From Rickettsiales bacterium (GTDB lineage: Bacteria > Pseudomonadota > Alphaproteobacteria > Rs-D84): 64,000 bases of DNA. Below, in pieces: positions 1 to 8,909 of this stretch. Numbering within the stretch: position 1 is the first letter of the stretch; every line of letters starts with the position of its first letter. A program made the position numbers and the translations under genes. A model generated the notes under the pieces. That model was not told the DNA's origin. It saw only the letters and a program-made list of their open reading frames with translations, and ran no database searches. The stretch covers positions 914-64,913 of the forward strand of contig JAIRRC010000012.1 in the NCBI GenBank assembly GCA_031256175.1, in the 5' to 3' direction.

Positions 1-743
1 AAGCCGTTATGGTCGCGCGCGAATATATAATCGGCGTGAAGCCCAACATCGCCTATTGGACGGCCCTTGGCGCCGAGGACGTCTTGGGGGATGTCTTCCG
101 CTTCATCGCCGATGAAGCGCCCGAGCTTGTAAGCATATTGGACGCCAAGTTCGGCGACATCGGCGCGACCCAGGAAATGTCCGCGCTTACCAATTTCAAC
201 CGCTATAAATCCGACATGACGACCATAAACGCCTATATGGGGACCAAGTCCACGCTGGCGCCCTTCATAGTCCCGGGCGAAAAGGACGAAAAGACGCCCG
301 GCCTTTATGAATGGAAGGCGAACCATGCGGGCATAGTCGTCGCCGCAAGCAGCAATCCCGACGCCGCGGAATTCCAGGACATGATGGTCGAAGGCGGGCT
401 ACCGAACTATGTCCATATGGCCATGAACGCCAAGAAATTCTGCCCGGGCAGGGTTATGGCCGTCGTCGGCGCAACCCAGCCCGAAAAGGCCGAACATATC
501 CGCAAGATGGAGGAAGGCCGCGACGACAGGATAATTTTCCTTTGTCCGGGGCTTGGTCCGAAACAAAAGGGCGAGGTGTCGAAATTCGTCGCCGTCGCCG
601 GTTTGGACGCGACGTATCCGGTGTCCAGCGGAATCATGAGCCCGGAATACCGCATGGGAATGTCGGTCAAGGAAGCCGCCGCTTTCTACAAGGGCAAGAT
701 AAACGAAGAGCTGGCGAAGGCCGGACTCGGCAAAACAAGATAA
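1..743 (+). CDS. pyrF: Orotidine 5'-phosphate decarboxylase, type 2 family (5'-truncated by window edge)
   Basis: Motif LDAKFGDIGAT resembles the DxKxxDIxxT OMP-decarboxylase active site. It aligns from about residue 50 of long-form PyrF. The frame is open to position 1, so the N-terminus lies outside the window. Confidence 0.65.
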   Translation, partial: AVMVAREYIIGVKPNIAYWTALGAEDVLGDVFRFIADEAPELVSILDAKFGDIGATQEMSALTNFNRYKSDMTTINAYMGTKSTLAPFIVPGEKDEKTPGLYEWKANHAGIVVAASSNPDAAEFQDMMVEGGLPNYVHMAMNAKKFCPGRVMAVVGATQPEKAEHIRKMEEGRDDRIIFLCPGLGPKQKGEVSKFVAVAGLDATYPVSSGIMSPEYRMGMSVKEAAAFYKGKINEELAKAGLGKTR

Positions 744-753
744 GGGGAACGAT

Positions 754-1422
754 ATGGAAAAGATGTCTTACAGGGAAATCGAAACGAAAAAGGAATTCTT
801 CACAAGGGGATTGTTGGCCAAGGATTTGCTTAAAATCGCGCCCGGCGCGGACGAGGCGGCCTGGTTCAAATTGAAAACGCCCAATCCCGACGGAAGCCCG
901 AACATGTCGCCCTTGTTCTGGAACTTGCAGTTCGCCCAGTCTTATCCCCGGATATTCAAGAACATGATAGACCTTATGGTGGACGCCTTGCAGGAATCGG
1001 GTATAAAATTCGACCATATACTCGGCGTGCCCGAAGGCGGCAAATCGATTGCCGCCGCCATCGGCCTGACCATCGGCGCGCCTATATTGACGCTTCGCAA
1101 GGAAGCGAAAGACCACGGCCAGGGCGGGCTTTTAATCGGCGACTGGAAGCCGGGCGACAGGGTTCTTGTGGCCGAAGACGTCGCGACATCGGGCAGCTCT
1201 ATACATAAGGACGCGGCCGTGAAGCTTCGCGACCTGGGCATGGTTGTCGATTATGCCATCGTCGGCCTGGACCGCCTGTCCGGCGCGGCGAAATATCTCG
1301 GCACCGCCGGCATAAGGCTTGTATCCGCCATGGATGTTTCCGAAGCGGTGAAATTCGTTCCGCGCGACCATCCTATGTATTCCGTCATAACCGAATATGT
1401 CGAAAGGACTATCGTTAGATAG
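754..1422 (+). CDS. pyrE: Orotate phosphoribosyltransferase
   Basis: PRPP-binding motif VLVAEDVATSGSS at the usual position for PyrE. About 220 aa. Sits directly after pyrF. Confidence 0.85.
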   Translation: MEKMSYREIETKKEFFTRGLLAKDLLKIAPGADEAAWFKLKTPNPDGSPNMSPLFWNLQFAQSYPRIFKNMIDLMVDALQESGIKFDHILGVPEGGKSIAAAIGLTIGAPILTLRKEAKDHGQGGLLIGDWKPGDRVLVAEDVATSGSSIHKDAAVKLRDLGMVVDYAIVGLDRLSGAAKYLGTAGIRLVSAMDVSEAVKFVPRDHPMYSVITEYVERTIVR

Positions 1423-1430
1423 GTTGAAAC

Positions 1431-1462
1431 TAGCTCCCCCCTTGCGGGGGAGTTGTTTTTTT
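1431..1462 (+). terminator. Rho-independent terminator; member of the AACTCCCCC..GGGGGAGTT hairpin family
   Basis: gctcccccc-ttgc-gggggagttg stem-loop followed by TTTTTTT, immediately after the pyrE stop. Confidence 0.7.
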
Positions 1463-3476
1463 ACACGAACAGGTCTTTCACGAACTTCGCGTTTTCGGTT
1501 ATGAACTTGAATCGGAACTCGGGCTTTTTGCCCATAAGGTTCGCGACCAATAATTTCGTCTTTTCCGCGTCCTCGTGGCCTTCTTCGGTTTTGGGCGGAA
1601 GCTCCACGCGGATAAGTTTCCGCGTTTTGGGATTCATGGTCGTGTCTTTCAGCTGCGCCGCCATCATTTCGCCAAGGCCCTTGAAGCGCGACACTTCCAG
1701 CTTTTTATTCTTGTATTTTCCGGCTTTCAGCTCTTCCAATTCCTCGTCGCTGGCGACATAGACCGATTCGTTGCCCGCGGACAATTTATAAAGCGGCGGG
1801 CATGACAGATACAAATGTCCGTCCTCTATCATCCCGGGCATGTATTGATAGAAGAACGTCATTAGCAAAGACGCTATGTGCGAGCCGTCGACGTCCGCGT
1901 CGGTCATGATGATTATCTTTTCATAGCGGAGTTTTTCCTCGTCGTAATTTTCGCGCGTGCCGCAGCCCAGCGTTTCAATCAAATCGTTCAGTTCCTTGTT
2001 GTTGTCGAACTTCTCGTCGCTGCCGGTAAGCACGTTCAGGATTTTTCCGCGCAAAGGCAGTATCGCCTGGGTTTCGCGGACGCGCGCCTGTTTGGCGGTG
2101 CCGCCGGCGCTCTCGCCTTCGACTATGAACAATTCCGTGCCGTCTATATGGTGCTTGGCGCAGTCGGCAAGCTTGCTTGGAAGGCGCAGTTTTTTCGAAG
2201 GCGTTTTCCGCGCTATGTCCTTCGCCTTTCTTATCTTTATGCGCGCCTCGGCCAGCTGGTTCGCGAATGCGAGCAGGGCGTTCGAAGTCTTCGGGTCCGA
2301 GCCCAGGAACAAATCGAACGGGTCGCGGATTGCGTTCTCTATATATTTGACCACTTCGGGATTCGAAAGCTTTTCCTTCGTCTGGCCCAGGAACTGCGGC
2401 GTCTTATAGAACAATGACACGATGGCGCAGGCGGAATCGAAGACGTCTTCGGCCATGATGATGTCGCCCGCCTTGTCGCCGACCTTTTGCGCATAGTTTT
2501 TAAGCCCGCGCGTTATGGCGGACTTGAAGCCGCTTTCATGCGTGCCGCCGTCCGTCGTCGCGATGGTGTTGCAGTACGAGTTCAGGAATCCGTCGTCGCT
2601 TGCCGCGCCGTTTTCGTCGGTCAGCCATGTTATTGCGAATTCGACCTTGCCGGAATCGTCCGGGAACGGAATACTGCCCGAGAACATTTTCGGCGTAAGC
2701 TTCGTCTTGCCTTCCGTGTTCTGTTCCAAGAAGTCCGACACGCCGTGCGGGAAATAGAATTCCGCCTGGGCCGGTATGCCCATGTCTTCGGTTATAAGGC
2801 TTGGATTGCAGTTCCAGAATATCCTGACGCCCTTGGACAAAAAGGCTTTCGCCCGCGCCCGGCGGTAAAGTTTCACGGGCTTGAAGGCGGCGCCCTCGCC
2901 GAATATCTGCGTGTCGATTGTGAAGCGGACGGATGTTCCCGTTTCCTTTGTCGACTCGCCCTTTTCTATATGGCCGACCGCTTTTCCGCGCTTGAACTTC
3001 ATGGTCCAGATATGGCCGCCCTTCGCGACCCGGACTATCGTTTCGGACGACAGCGCGTTGACGACGGAAGAACCGACGCCGTGCAGTCCGCCCGATGTCT
3101 TGTAATTGCTGTTGTCGAATTTGCCGCCCGAATGAAGCGTCGTGAATATGATTTCAAGCGCCGATTTGCCCGGATATTTGGGATGCTCGTCCACCGGTAT
3201 TCCGCGGCCGTTGTCCACGATTTCTATCGTGCGCGCGTCTATAAGGTTGACTTCGATTCTGTCCGCGAAGCCGGCGACCACTTCGTCTATGGAATTGTCC
3301 AGGATTTCGGTCGGGAGATGGTGCCAGGCCTTCTCGTCCGTGCCGCCTATATACATTCCGGGGCGAAGCCGGACGGGTTCCAGCCCTTCCAGAACCTGTA
3401 TGTCCGCCGCCGAATAAGATTTGTTGATTTCCTTGGTCATGTTGGGGATATTAACGATTTTTCCCCTTGCGCGCAA
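1461..3476 (-). CDS. parE: Type IIA topoisomerase ATPase subunit B; the 671-aa length favours topoisomerase IV ParE over GyrB
   Basis: GHKL ATPase N-domain, Toprim region with the EGDSA-like motif (EGESAGG) and PLRGKILN motif. It lacks the ~170-aa insertion of proteobacterial GyrB. Confidence 0.8.
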   Translation of the reverse strand: MRARGKIVNIPNMTKEINKSYSAADIQVLEGLEPVRLRPGMYIGGTDEKAWHHLPTEILDNSIDEVVAGFADRIEVNLIDARTIEIVDNGRGIPVDEHPKYPGKSALEIIFTTLHSGGKFDNSNYKTSGGLHGVGSSVVNALSSETIVRVAKGGHIWTMKFKRGKAVGHIEKGESTKETGTSVRFTIDTQIFGEGAAFKPVKLYRRARAKAFLSKGVRIFWNCNPSLITEDMGIPAQAEFYFPHGVSDFLEQNTEGKTKLTPKMFSGSIPFPDDSGKVEFAITWLTDENGAASDDGFLNSYCNTIATTDGGTHESGFKSAITRGLKNYAQKVGDKAGDIIMAEDVFDSACAIVSLFYKTPQFLGQTKEKLSNPEVVKYIENAIRDPFDLFLGSDPKTSNALLAFANQLAEARIKIRKAKDIARKTPSKKLRLPSKLADCAKHHIDGTELFIVEGESAGGTAKQARVRETQAILPLRGKILNVLTGSDEKFDNNKELNDLIETLGCGTRENYDEEKLRYEKIIIMTDADVDGSHIASLLMTFFYQYMPGMIEDGHLYLSCPPLYKLSAGNESVYVASDEELEELKAGKYKNKKLEVSRFKGLGEMMAAQLKDTTMNPKTRKLIRVELPPKTEEGHEDAEKTKLLVANLMGKKPEFRFKFITENAKFVKDLFV

Positions 3477-3520
3477 GGGGTATTTTTTTGTAAAGTTAGG
3501 AAAACAAGGAGTAGTTAGTC

Positions 3521-4642
3521 ATGGAATTTTCAGTTTTTCGCCAAGTCCTTATAAAGGCCATCGGACACATGCAGTCTATTGTGGAGCGGCGCGCCCCGCT
3601 GCCTATCATGATGAATATCAAGATAGAGGCGAAGGAAGACCTTGTCATGACCGCCGCCAACGTCGACCTGGAACTGGTCGAGCGCGTAAAGGCCGATATT
3701 ACCCTTCCGGGCAAAATAACCATCCCGGTTCATCTTCTTTATGACATTCTTCGGAAATTGCCCGAAGAAGCCGAAATCAAATTCAAGCAGGCGAACGAGC
3801 AGCAGCTTATAGTGTCCAGCGGCAAGGCGAAATTCACTTTGTCGACCCTGTCGGCCGACAGCTTCCCGAGCATGGGCGCCGCCAACCTCTCCACCAAATT
3901 CACCATGACGACCGGCGAGCTGGCCCATATGATTGACAAGACCAAATTCGCGATTCCATCCGACGACACCCGCTATCATTTGGCCGGCATATTCTTCCAT
4001 ATAACCGAAGAAGGCGGCAAGAAGATGCTGACATCTGTCGCGACCGATTCTCAGCGCATGGCGGTTTGCACCGCGCTCGCGCCCGCAGGCAGCGAAAATA
4101 TGCCGAGCGTCATTCTGCCGCGCAGAAGCATTGCCGAGCTTTCGAAGCTGCTTGCCGACGCCGATGTCGACGATGTCGTGGTCGAATTGTCCGAAACCAA
4201 GGCGCGCTTCACTTTCGGAAGCGCCGTCCTTACGACGAAATTAATCGACGCCCAGTATCCGAACTATCGCGTGGTTATCCCAAAGAACAACGACAAGCTC
4301 GCGGTTTTCGGAAAGGCCCAGTTCGTCGAGATGATTGACCGCGTTTCCGTCACCAGCACCGAGCGGACGAAATCCGTCATCCTCAATTTCTCGGCCGGGA
4401 AGCTTGTCGCGAACACCTCGACGCCCGAATCCGGCGCCGCGGTCGAGGAAATGGACGTGGAATATAATAATGACGAGCAGTTCCAGATTGTCTTCAATGT
4501 CCGCTTCCTGCTTGACATCGCGACGCAAATCGACGCGGACAAGATGCAGATTGCCATGATGGATTCGCTGTCCCCGACGATTATGCAGGGGCGCGAAAAG
4601 GAAACCGACTGCCTGTTCGTCCTTATGCCGCAACGCATATAA
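3521..4642 (+). CDS. dnaN: DNA polymerase III beta sliding clamp
   Basis: 373 aa with the three-domain clamp pattern. N-terminus MEFSVFRQVLIKAIGHMQSIVERR and C-terminal CLFVLMPQRI are typical of DnaN. Confidence 0.93.
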   Translation: MEFSVFRQVLIKAIGHMQSIVERRAPLPIMMNIKIEAKEDLVMTAANVDLELVERVKADITLPGKITIPVHLLYDILRKLPEEAEIKFKQANEQQLIVSSGKAKFTLSTLSADSFPSMGAANLSTKFTMTTGELAHMIDKTKFAIPSDDTRYHLAGIFFHITEEGGKKMLTSVATDSQRMAVCTALAPAGSENMPSVILPRRSIAELSKLLADADVDDVVVELSETKARFTFGSAVLTTKLIDAQYPNYRVVIPKNNDKLAVFGKAQFVEMIDRVSVTSTERTKSVILNFSAGKLVANTSTPESGAAVEEMDVEYNNDEQFQIVFNVRFLLDIATQIDADKMQIAMMDSLSPTIMQGREKETDCLFVLMPQRI

Positions 4643-4653
4643 ACCTATAATAA

Positions 4654-4708
4654 CCCCGCCCGGCGAAGCGAATAGAACAGCGAAGCCGGGCGGGCTTGAT
4701 TTTTTTTA
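4654..4708 (+). terminator. Rho-independent terminator after dnaN
   Basis: GC-rich inverted repeat ccccgcccggcg...cgaagccgggcggg followed by TTTTTTTT. Confidence 0.7.
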
Positions 4709-4743
4709 TTCGTCCCCTATATCACCATTAAAAAGGATAGACG

Positions 4744-5832
4744 ATGTCGTCGCAGCGCGATTTTTACGAAATTTTGGGCGTCCAAAAGGGCGCGGGTGAA
4801 AGCGATATAAAAAAGGCCTATCACAAGCTTGTCATGAAATACCATCCGGATAAAAATCCCGGCGACAAGGACGCGGAAGCCAAATTCAAGGAAATCAGCA
4901 ATGCTTATGACATCCTGCGCGACCCGCAGAAAAAGGCGGCTTACGACCAGTTCGGGCATTCCGCGTTCCAGGGCGGACAAGGGTTCGGCGGCGGCGCGGG
5001 CGGCAATCCTTTCGGCGGTTTCGATTTCGGCGGCGCGGGATTTTCAGGCGGCTTCGGCGATATGTTCGAGGACATATTCAACCAGATGGGATTCGGCGGC
5101 CGCCGCGCGCAGCCGAGGCAGGCCGACAATTCCGGCCGCGACCTTCTGCATGAAGTAAGGATAACTTTGGCCGAAGCCTTCGCCGGAAAGAATGTCGAAG
5201 TGAAATTCCAAACGAACGCGGCGTGCGAAAAATGCGGCGGCAAAGGCGGCGAGAATGTGAAGACTTGTCCGACTTGCGGCGGCAGCGGAAGCGTCCGCAG
5301 GTCGAACGGATTTTTCGCGGCGGAAACCGCGTGCCACGACTGCGGCGGCTTCGGAAAAAAGCCCGATAAAAAGTGCTCCGCTTGCGGCGGCACGGGCGCG
5401 AAGCGCGCGGCCAAAACCATCGAAGTCAAAATCCCCGCGGGCGTCGAAACCGGCGCGCGTCTGCGGCTTTCCGGGCAAGGCGAGGCGGGCGCGTTCGGCG
5501 CGCCGAGCGGCGATTTATACGTCGATATAATCGTTTTGAAGGACCCGCATTTCTCTCGCGACGGGTCGGATTTGTTAATCAATTTATCGGTGCCTTTCGC
5601 GACTTTGGCGCTGGGCGGAAGCGTCGATGTTTCGGGCGTCGACGGCAAGAATATCGAAGTCAAAATTCCTGCCGGAACCCAGGTCGGAACCAAGCTTCGC
5701 GTGAAGGGAAACGGCATGCCCGAACTTGGCCGCGCGTCGTCCCGCGGCGACCTTTACATAAACGTCATGACCCAAATCCCGACCCGTCTTTCGTCGAAAC
5801 AGAAAAAGCTTCTTGAAGAGTTCGCATCCTAA
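4744..5832 (+). CDS. dnaJ: Chaperone DnaJ
   Basis: J-domain with HPD (YHPDKNP), G/F-rich linker, four CxxCxGxG zinc-finger repeats, and a C-terminal substrate-binding domain. Confidence 0.95.
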   Translation: MSSQRDFYEILGVQKGAGESDIKKAYHKLVMKYHPDKNPGDKDAEAKFKEISNAYDILRDPQKKAAYDQFGHSAFQGGQGFGGGAGGNPFGGFDFGGAGFSGGFGDMFEDIFNQMGFGGRRAQPRQADNSGRDLLHEVRITLAEAFAGKNVEVKFQTNAACEKCGGKGGENVKTCPTCGGSGSVRRSNGFFAAETACHDCGGFGKKPDKKCSACGGTGAKRAAKTIEVKIPAGVETGARLRLSGQGEAGAFGAPSGDLYVDIIVLKDPHFSRDGSDLLINLSVPFATLALGGSVDVSGVDGKNIEVKIPAGTQVGTKLRVKGNGMPELGRASSRGDLYINVMTQIPTRLSSKQKKLLEEFAS

Positions 5833-5833
5833 A

Positions 5834-5870
5834 AACAACTCGACGGCGATTGCGGGGGAGTTGTTTTATT
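5834..5870 (+). terminator. Terminator after dnaJ; degenerate copy of the GGGGGAGTT hairpin family
   Basis: aacaactc...gcgggggagttgtt stem followed by TTTTATT. Confidence 0.55.
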
Positions 5871-5940
5871 AATTGAAATATATTCCTACTTGTGATAAAA
5901 TGTCTTAGTCAACAGGACAAATTCAAAAAAGGACTAGAAA

Positions 5941-6330
5941 ATGAATAAGAAAATATTCCTTGCCGTCGGCCTGACGCTGGCAAGCGCCGCCGCTTTCGCC
6001 GCCCCGCTTAAATTTTTCAAGGGTCTTTCTTGGACCAAATCCGCGGCTTCCCCGTTCGTCTTCGCGGAAAACACCAATCCGGCCGCGCGCGACCAGATGG
6101 TCAAATTCGACAAAATTCTTTCCCAATGCGGCGTGAAATTGGTTTATGCCCGCGCGAACGACGGCATGAAGATAGAGCTGGACGGCATAGGTTCCTTCAA
6201 ATACGACGACAATTTCGCGAATGGAAAAGTCGCGCTTGTGGCGTCGGCCAGGACGCCTTCGCTCTGCCCGAACGGCATCGGCCTGGCCATCGGGGACGAG
6301 GACGCCAACGTCCGCTGGACCGCCCAGTAA
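5941..6330 (+). CDS. Small secreted protein of unknown function (Sec signal peptide)
   Basis: N-terminal MNKKIFLAVGLTLASAAAFAAP signal peptide with an AFA-AP cleavage site. No prepilin G/xxxxE motif, so it is not the pilin of the downstream cluster. A terminator follows at 6335-6361. Confidence 0.5.
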   Translation: MNKKIFLAVGLTLASAAAFAAPLKFFKGLSWTKSAASPFVFAENTNPAARDQMVKFDKILSQCGVKLVYARANDGMKIELDGIGSFKYDDNFANGKVALVASARTPSLCPNGIGLAIGDEDANVRWTAQ

Positions 6331-6377
6331 AAATAAATCCCCCGAAAGGGGGATTTTTCATATGAATTTTATTTTTT

Positions 6378-6422
6378 CGGGGTCCCCATAAAACCGCCCC
6401 GGCACGGGTTGGTTTTATGGGG
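6378..6422. repeat. 45-nt palindromic element CCCCATAAAACC-GCCCCGGCACGGG-TTGGTTTTATGGGG (copy 1 of 2)
   Basis: Perfect 12-bp outer inverted repeat. A second copy at 45811-45856 carries compensatory substitutions. This copy lies ~75 nt upstream of the first pilus-cluster gene. Confidence 0.7.
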
Positions 6423-6495
6423 AAATTCCCTTGCTAGCCGGCGGGCTATTTGTTATAATTTAGGGAAGTATTAGGGGAAGAAAAGGAAATCGATT

Positions 6496-7344
6496 ATGAT
6501 TCAAAGAATTATGCTCGGCATTTTGGCCGTTTTCACGCTTTTTCCGGCGCACGCCGCGTTCGACCAGAGCGACCCTTCGGGCCTTGTCTGGCAAAGCCCC
6601 GACTGGGGTCCGGATACCGGCTGGGGCCCCGAGCCTTCGCTGGACAAGGTGAACAACATGTATCGGTCGGAAAGGCCGGTTATAAAATCGCGTCCATTCG
6701 GCGTCAATAATTCCACTTACCGCGAGCCGGGGCTTAAAGTGAACCACGCCATAACGGGCGAGGGATGGGGCGGCCAATACAGCTTCTCGGGTGGGGCGGA
6801 CCTTATGCACGGCAACAATGCGCCCGCCGGATTCAATGATAATTCCAAAGCGAAAATGCCGCTTCTGACCCAGGAAATGATAGAGGACGACGGCGGCGCC
6901 GCGCTTGTCATGTCCGTAAGCGACAGGAAATACAACGACAAAAAAGACGCGGGCGACGGCGTCATGATTGACGGCGGCGACACCGGCGGCGGGCTTTTCG
7001 CCAGCGCGGCCGACCTGTCGGGCAAAGCCGCCGACAAGGCCCAGATTGCGCCGGTCGGCGCGGGCGCCGACGTGGTCCGCAGCTGGGTCGTCGTAAGCGG
7101 CAAGACGCTGAGGCAAGTTTTGGAGGAATGGGCCCAGGCCGCCGGATGGGAGCTTGTATGGAACACTTCGCGCGAATATCCCGTCGCGGCCAGCGCCGTT
7201 TTCGAAGGCAGGTTCATGGACGTGTCCAGCGCCCTGGTCAGGAATTTCAGCCGCGCGAATCCGGTTCCGTATGCCAGGTTCTACAAGGGGAACAAGGTGC
7301 TGGTCGTAAGCACCTTGGATGAAGGGGAGAATAATGGCCATTAG
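6496..7344 (+). CDS. Periplasmic pilus-assembly protein with a C-terminal TcpQ/STN-like domain (putative secretin partner or pilotin-like protein)
   Basis: Sec signal peptide. The C-terminal ~80 aa (KTLRQVLEEWAQAAGWELVWNTSREYPVAASAVFEGRFMDVSSALVRNFSRANPVPYARFYKGNKVLVV) matches the STN/TcpQ-type fold pattern. First gene of the pilus operon. Confidence 0.45.
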   Translation: MIQRIMLGILAVFTLFPAHAAFDQSDPSGLVWQSPDWGPDTGWGPEPSLDKVNNMYRSERPVIKSRPFGVNNSTYREPGLKVNHAITGEGWGGQYSFSGGADLMHGNNAPAGFNDNSKAKMPLLTQEMIEDDGGAALVMSVSDRKYNDKKDAGDGVMIDGGDTGGGLFASAADLSGKAADKAQIAPVGAGADVVRSWVVVSGKTLRQVLEEWAQAAGWELVWNTSREYPVAASAVFEGRFMDVSSALVRNFSRANPVPYARFYKGNKVLVVSTLDEGENNGH

Positions 7345-8887
7345 AAAATACGTGCTTATGGCATGTATTTTTTCGGCGGCGGCGCTTGGCGCCGCCTGCA
7401 ATAAAACGCAGTCCGCGAAAGTCGCGGCCGCGGTCGACGACGATTTCGTGAACGCCAGCATAGCGCTGGACAGCACGCGCCAGCCGCAAAGCCGCGTGAC
7501 TTCCGACACCATTTCGGCGTCTGATGGCGTATGGCTGGGCTCGCGCTCGACCGCGGTGCGGCGCGGTTTCGATTTGCCCGCGCGCTTCGAGACCGGAAAC
7601 GGAATCACCATCATCATGGACGAGCCCGCGACGCTTCAACAGCTTTCGAACAGCATATACGAGATAACCGGAATAAACGTATCGATAGACGGGCAGGTTT
7701 CTTCGGAAAAATTGGGCAAGACGATTTCGCTTAGCCATAGCGGAAAATTAAGCGACATGCTGACCCGCGTCGCGACCGATTTGGATTTGCTTTGGCAATA
7801 CGACAGGGAAGACATAGTTTTCTACGAGACCGAAACCAAGACTTACAATCTTTACGCTCTCGGCACCGACATCAGTTTTTCTTCGCGCATATCGACCGAC
7901 GATTCGAATCAGGTTTCGCTTGAATCCAACCTCCGCGAATGGGACGAGATAGAGCGCAGCATAACGGGAATCCTGGACGGCGTGCCGAATGCTAAATTTT
8001 CCGTGTCGCGTTCCTTGGGCACGATTACCCTTACCGCGGGCCCAAGCGTCCAGAAGCGCGTGGCTGGTTATATCTCACGCCAGAACCGCCGCCTGTCCCA
8101 GCAGATTTCGATAGACGTCAAGGTCTTGCAGGTTTCGATTACGAACACCAACGCGGTCGGCCTGAATCTTACCGCCGCGATTTCGAGCGTCGCCGGATTG
8201 CAAATAGCGTCCAACGCTTCGAACAATATCACGGGCGCGTCCGGCCTTAACGTCGCGGTCGCCGAAGGCGCCAGCGGCGCGCTTGCGCCTGCGGCGGGGT
8301 CGAGCGCGCTTATCCAGGCACTGGCGCGCCAGGGCAAGGTGTCGCTTATGACCAACGCTTCGGTCACGACGCGCAACAACCGCGTGGCGCCAGTCAGCAA
8401 CGTCCGCAACACCGGATACATCAAGCGCATAGAATCCCGCACCTTCACCGCGGTCGAAAGTTCGAGCGTCGAGCAGGACACGCTTGAAACCGGATTTTCC
8501 ATGCAGCTGCTTCCGAACATCTTGGACGGCGGCCGCGTTCTTCTGCTTTTCAAGATGTCGCTTCGCGAGCTTATCCGCATGAACACCGAAACCATCGGCG
8601 GCGACAATGGAATCACCATCCAGATGCCCGACGTCGAAGAGCGGTCCTTCATGCAGGAAGTGATTTTGGAAACGGGGCAGATGCTTGTTATCTCGGGCTT
8701 CGAGCGCCAGGCGAACGACGACACGCGCTACGGCGTGGGCGAGGCGGACTTCATGGCGCTTGGCGGCTCGCGCGAGTCGACGTCCCAGCGCGACGTGCTG
8801 GTCGTGATTCTGACGCCGCAGGTGCATGTTTCCCCGATGGATTCCGAAAGGGCGATTATGCGCGAGGTCGGGGCGCCGCTTAATTAA
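7334..8887 (+). CDS. Outer-membrane secretin lipoprotein of the type IVb / R64 PilN / TcpC / BfpB class
   Basis: Lipobox LGAAC after the signal peptide (start taken at MAIRKY; an alternative start lies 15 nt upstream at 7319). C-terminal secretin domain (LMTNASVTTRNNRVAPVSNV...GFSMQLLPNILDGGRVLL). About 520 aa. Confidence 0.75.
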   Translation: MAIRKYVLMACIFSAAALGAACNKTQSAKVAAAVDDDFVNASIALDSTRQPQSRVTSDTISASDGVWLGSRSTAVRRGFDLPARFETGNGITIIMDEPATLQQLSNSIYEITGINVSIDGQVSSEKLGKTISLSHSGKLSDMLTRVATDLDLLWQYDREDIVFYETETKTYNLYALGTDISFSSRISTDDSNQVSLESNLREWDEIERSITGILDGVPNAKFSVSRSLGTITLTAGPSVQKRVAGYISRQNRRLSQQISIDVKVLQVSITNTNAVGLNLTAAISSVAGLQIASNASNNITGASGLNVAVAEGASGALAPAAGSSALIQALARQGKVSLMTNASVTTRNNRVAPVSNVRNTGYIKRIESRTFTAVESSSVEQDTLETGFSMQLLPNILDGGRVLLLFKMSLRELIRMNTETIGGDNGITIQMPDVEERSFMQEVILETGQMLVISGFERQANDDTRYGVGEADFMALGGSRESTSQRDVLVVILTPQVHVSPMDSERAIMREVGAPLN

Positions 8888-8909
8888 ATTCGCAGCAGGG
8901 GGAAATCTT

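Noticed and set aside
1461-3476. Calling the topoisomerase B subunit gyrB because dnaN is adjacent.
   Set aside because: At 671 aa it lacks the ~170-aa insert expected in proteobacterial GyrB. Length and domain content fit ParE better, so the dnaN-gyrB linkage is not assumed.
2487-3518. 343-aa plus-strand ORF inside parE. The many other 60-250 aa ORFs that overlap annotated genes in alternative frames (for example 311-874, 8075-8995, 14265-15044, 21240-21956, 30893-31690, 59863-60858) were judged the same way.
   Set aside because: Antisense or alternate-frame artefacts of high GC content with Arg-rich, low-complexity products. The overlapping annotated genes have strong family signatures.
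6460-7617. 385-aa ORF on the minus strand antisense to the first two pilus genes.
   Set aside because: Arg/Ala/Pro-rich low-complexity translation typical of antisense frames in GC-rich DNA. It overlaps well-supported plus-strand genes and has no domain signature.
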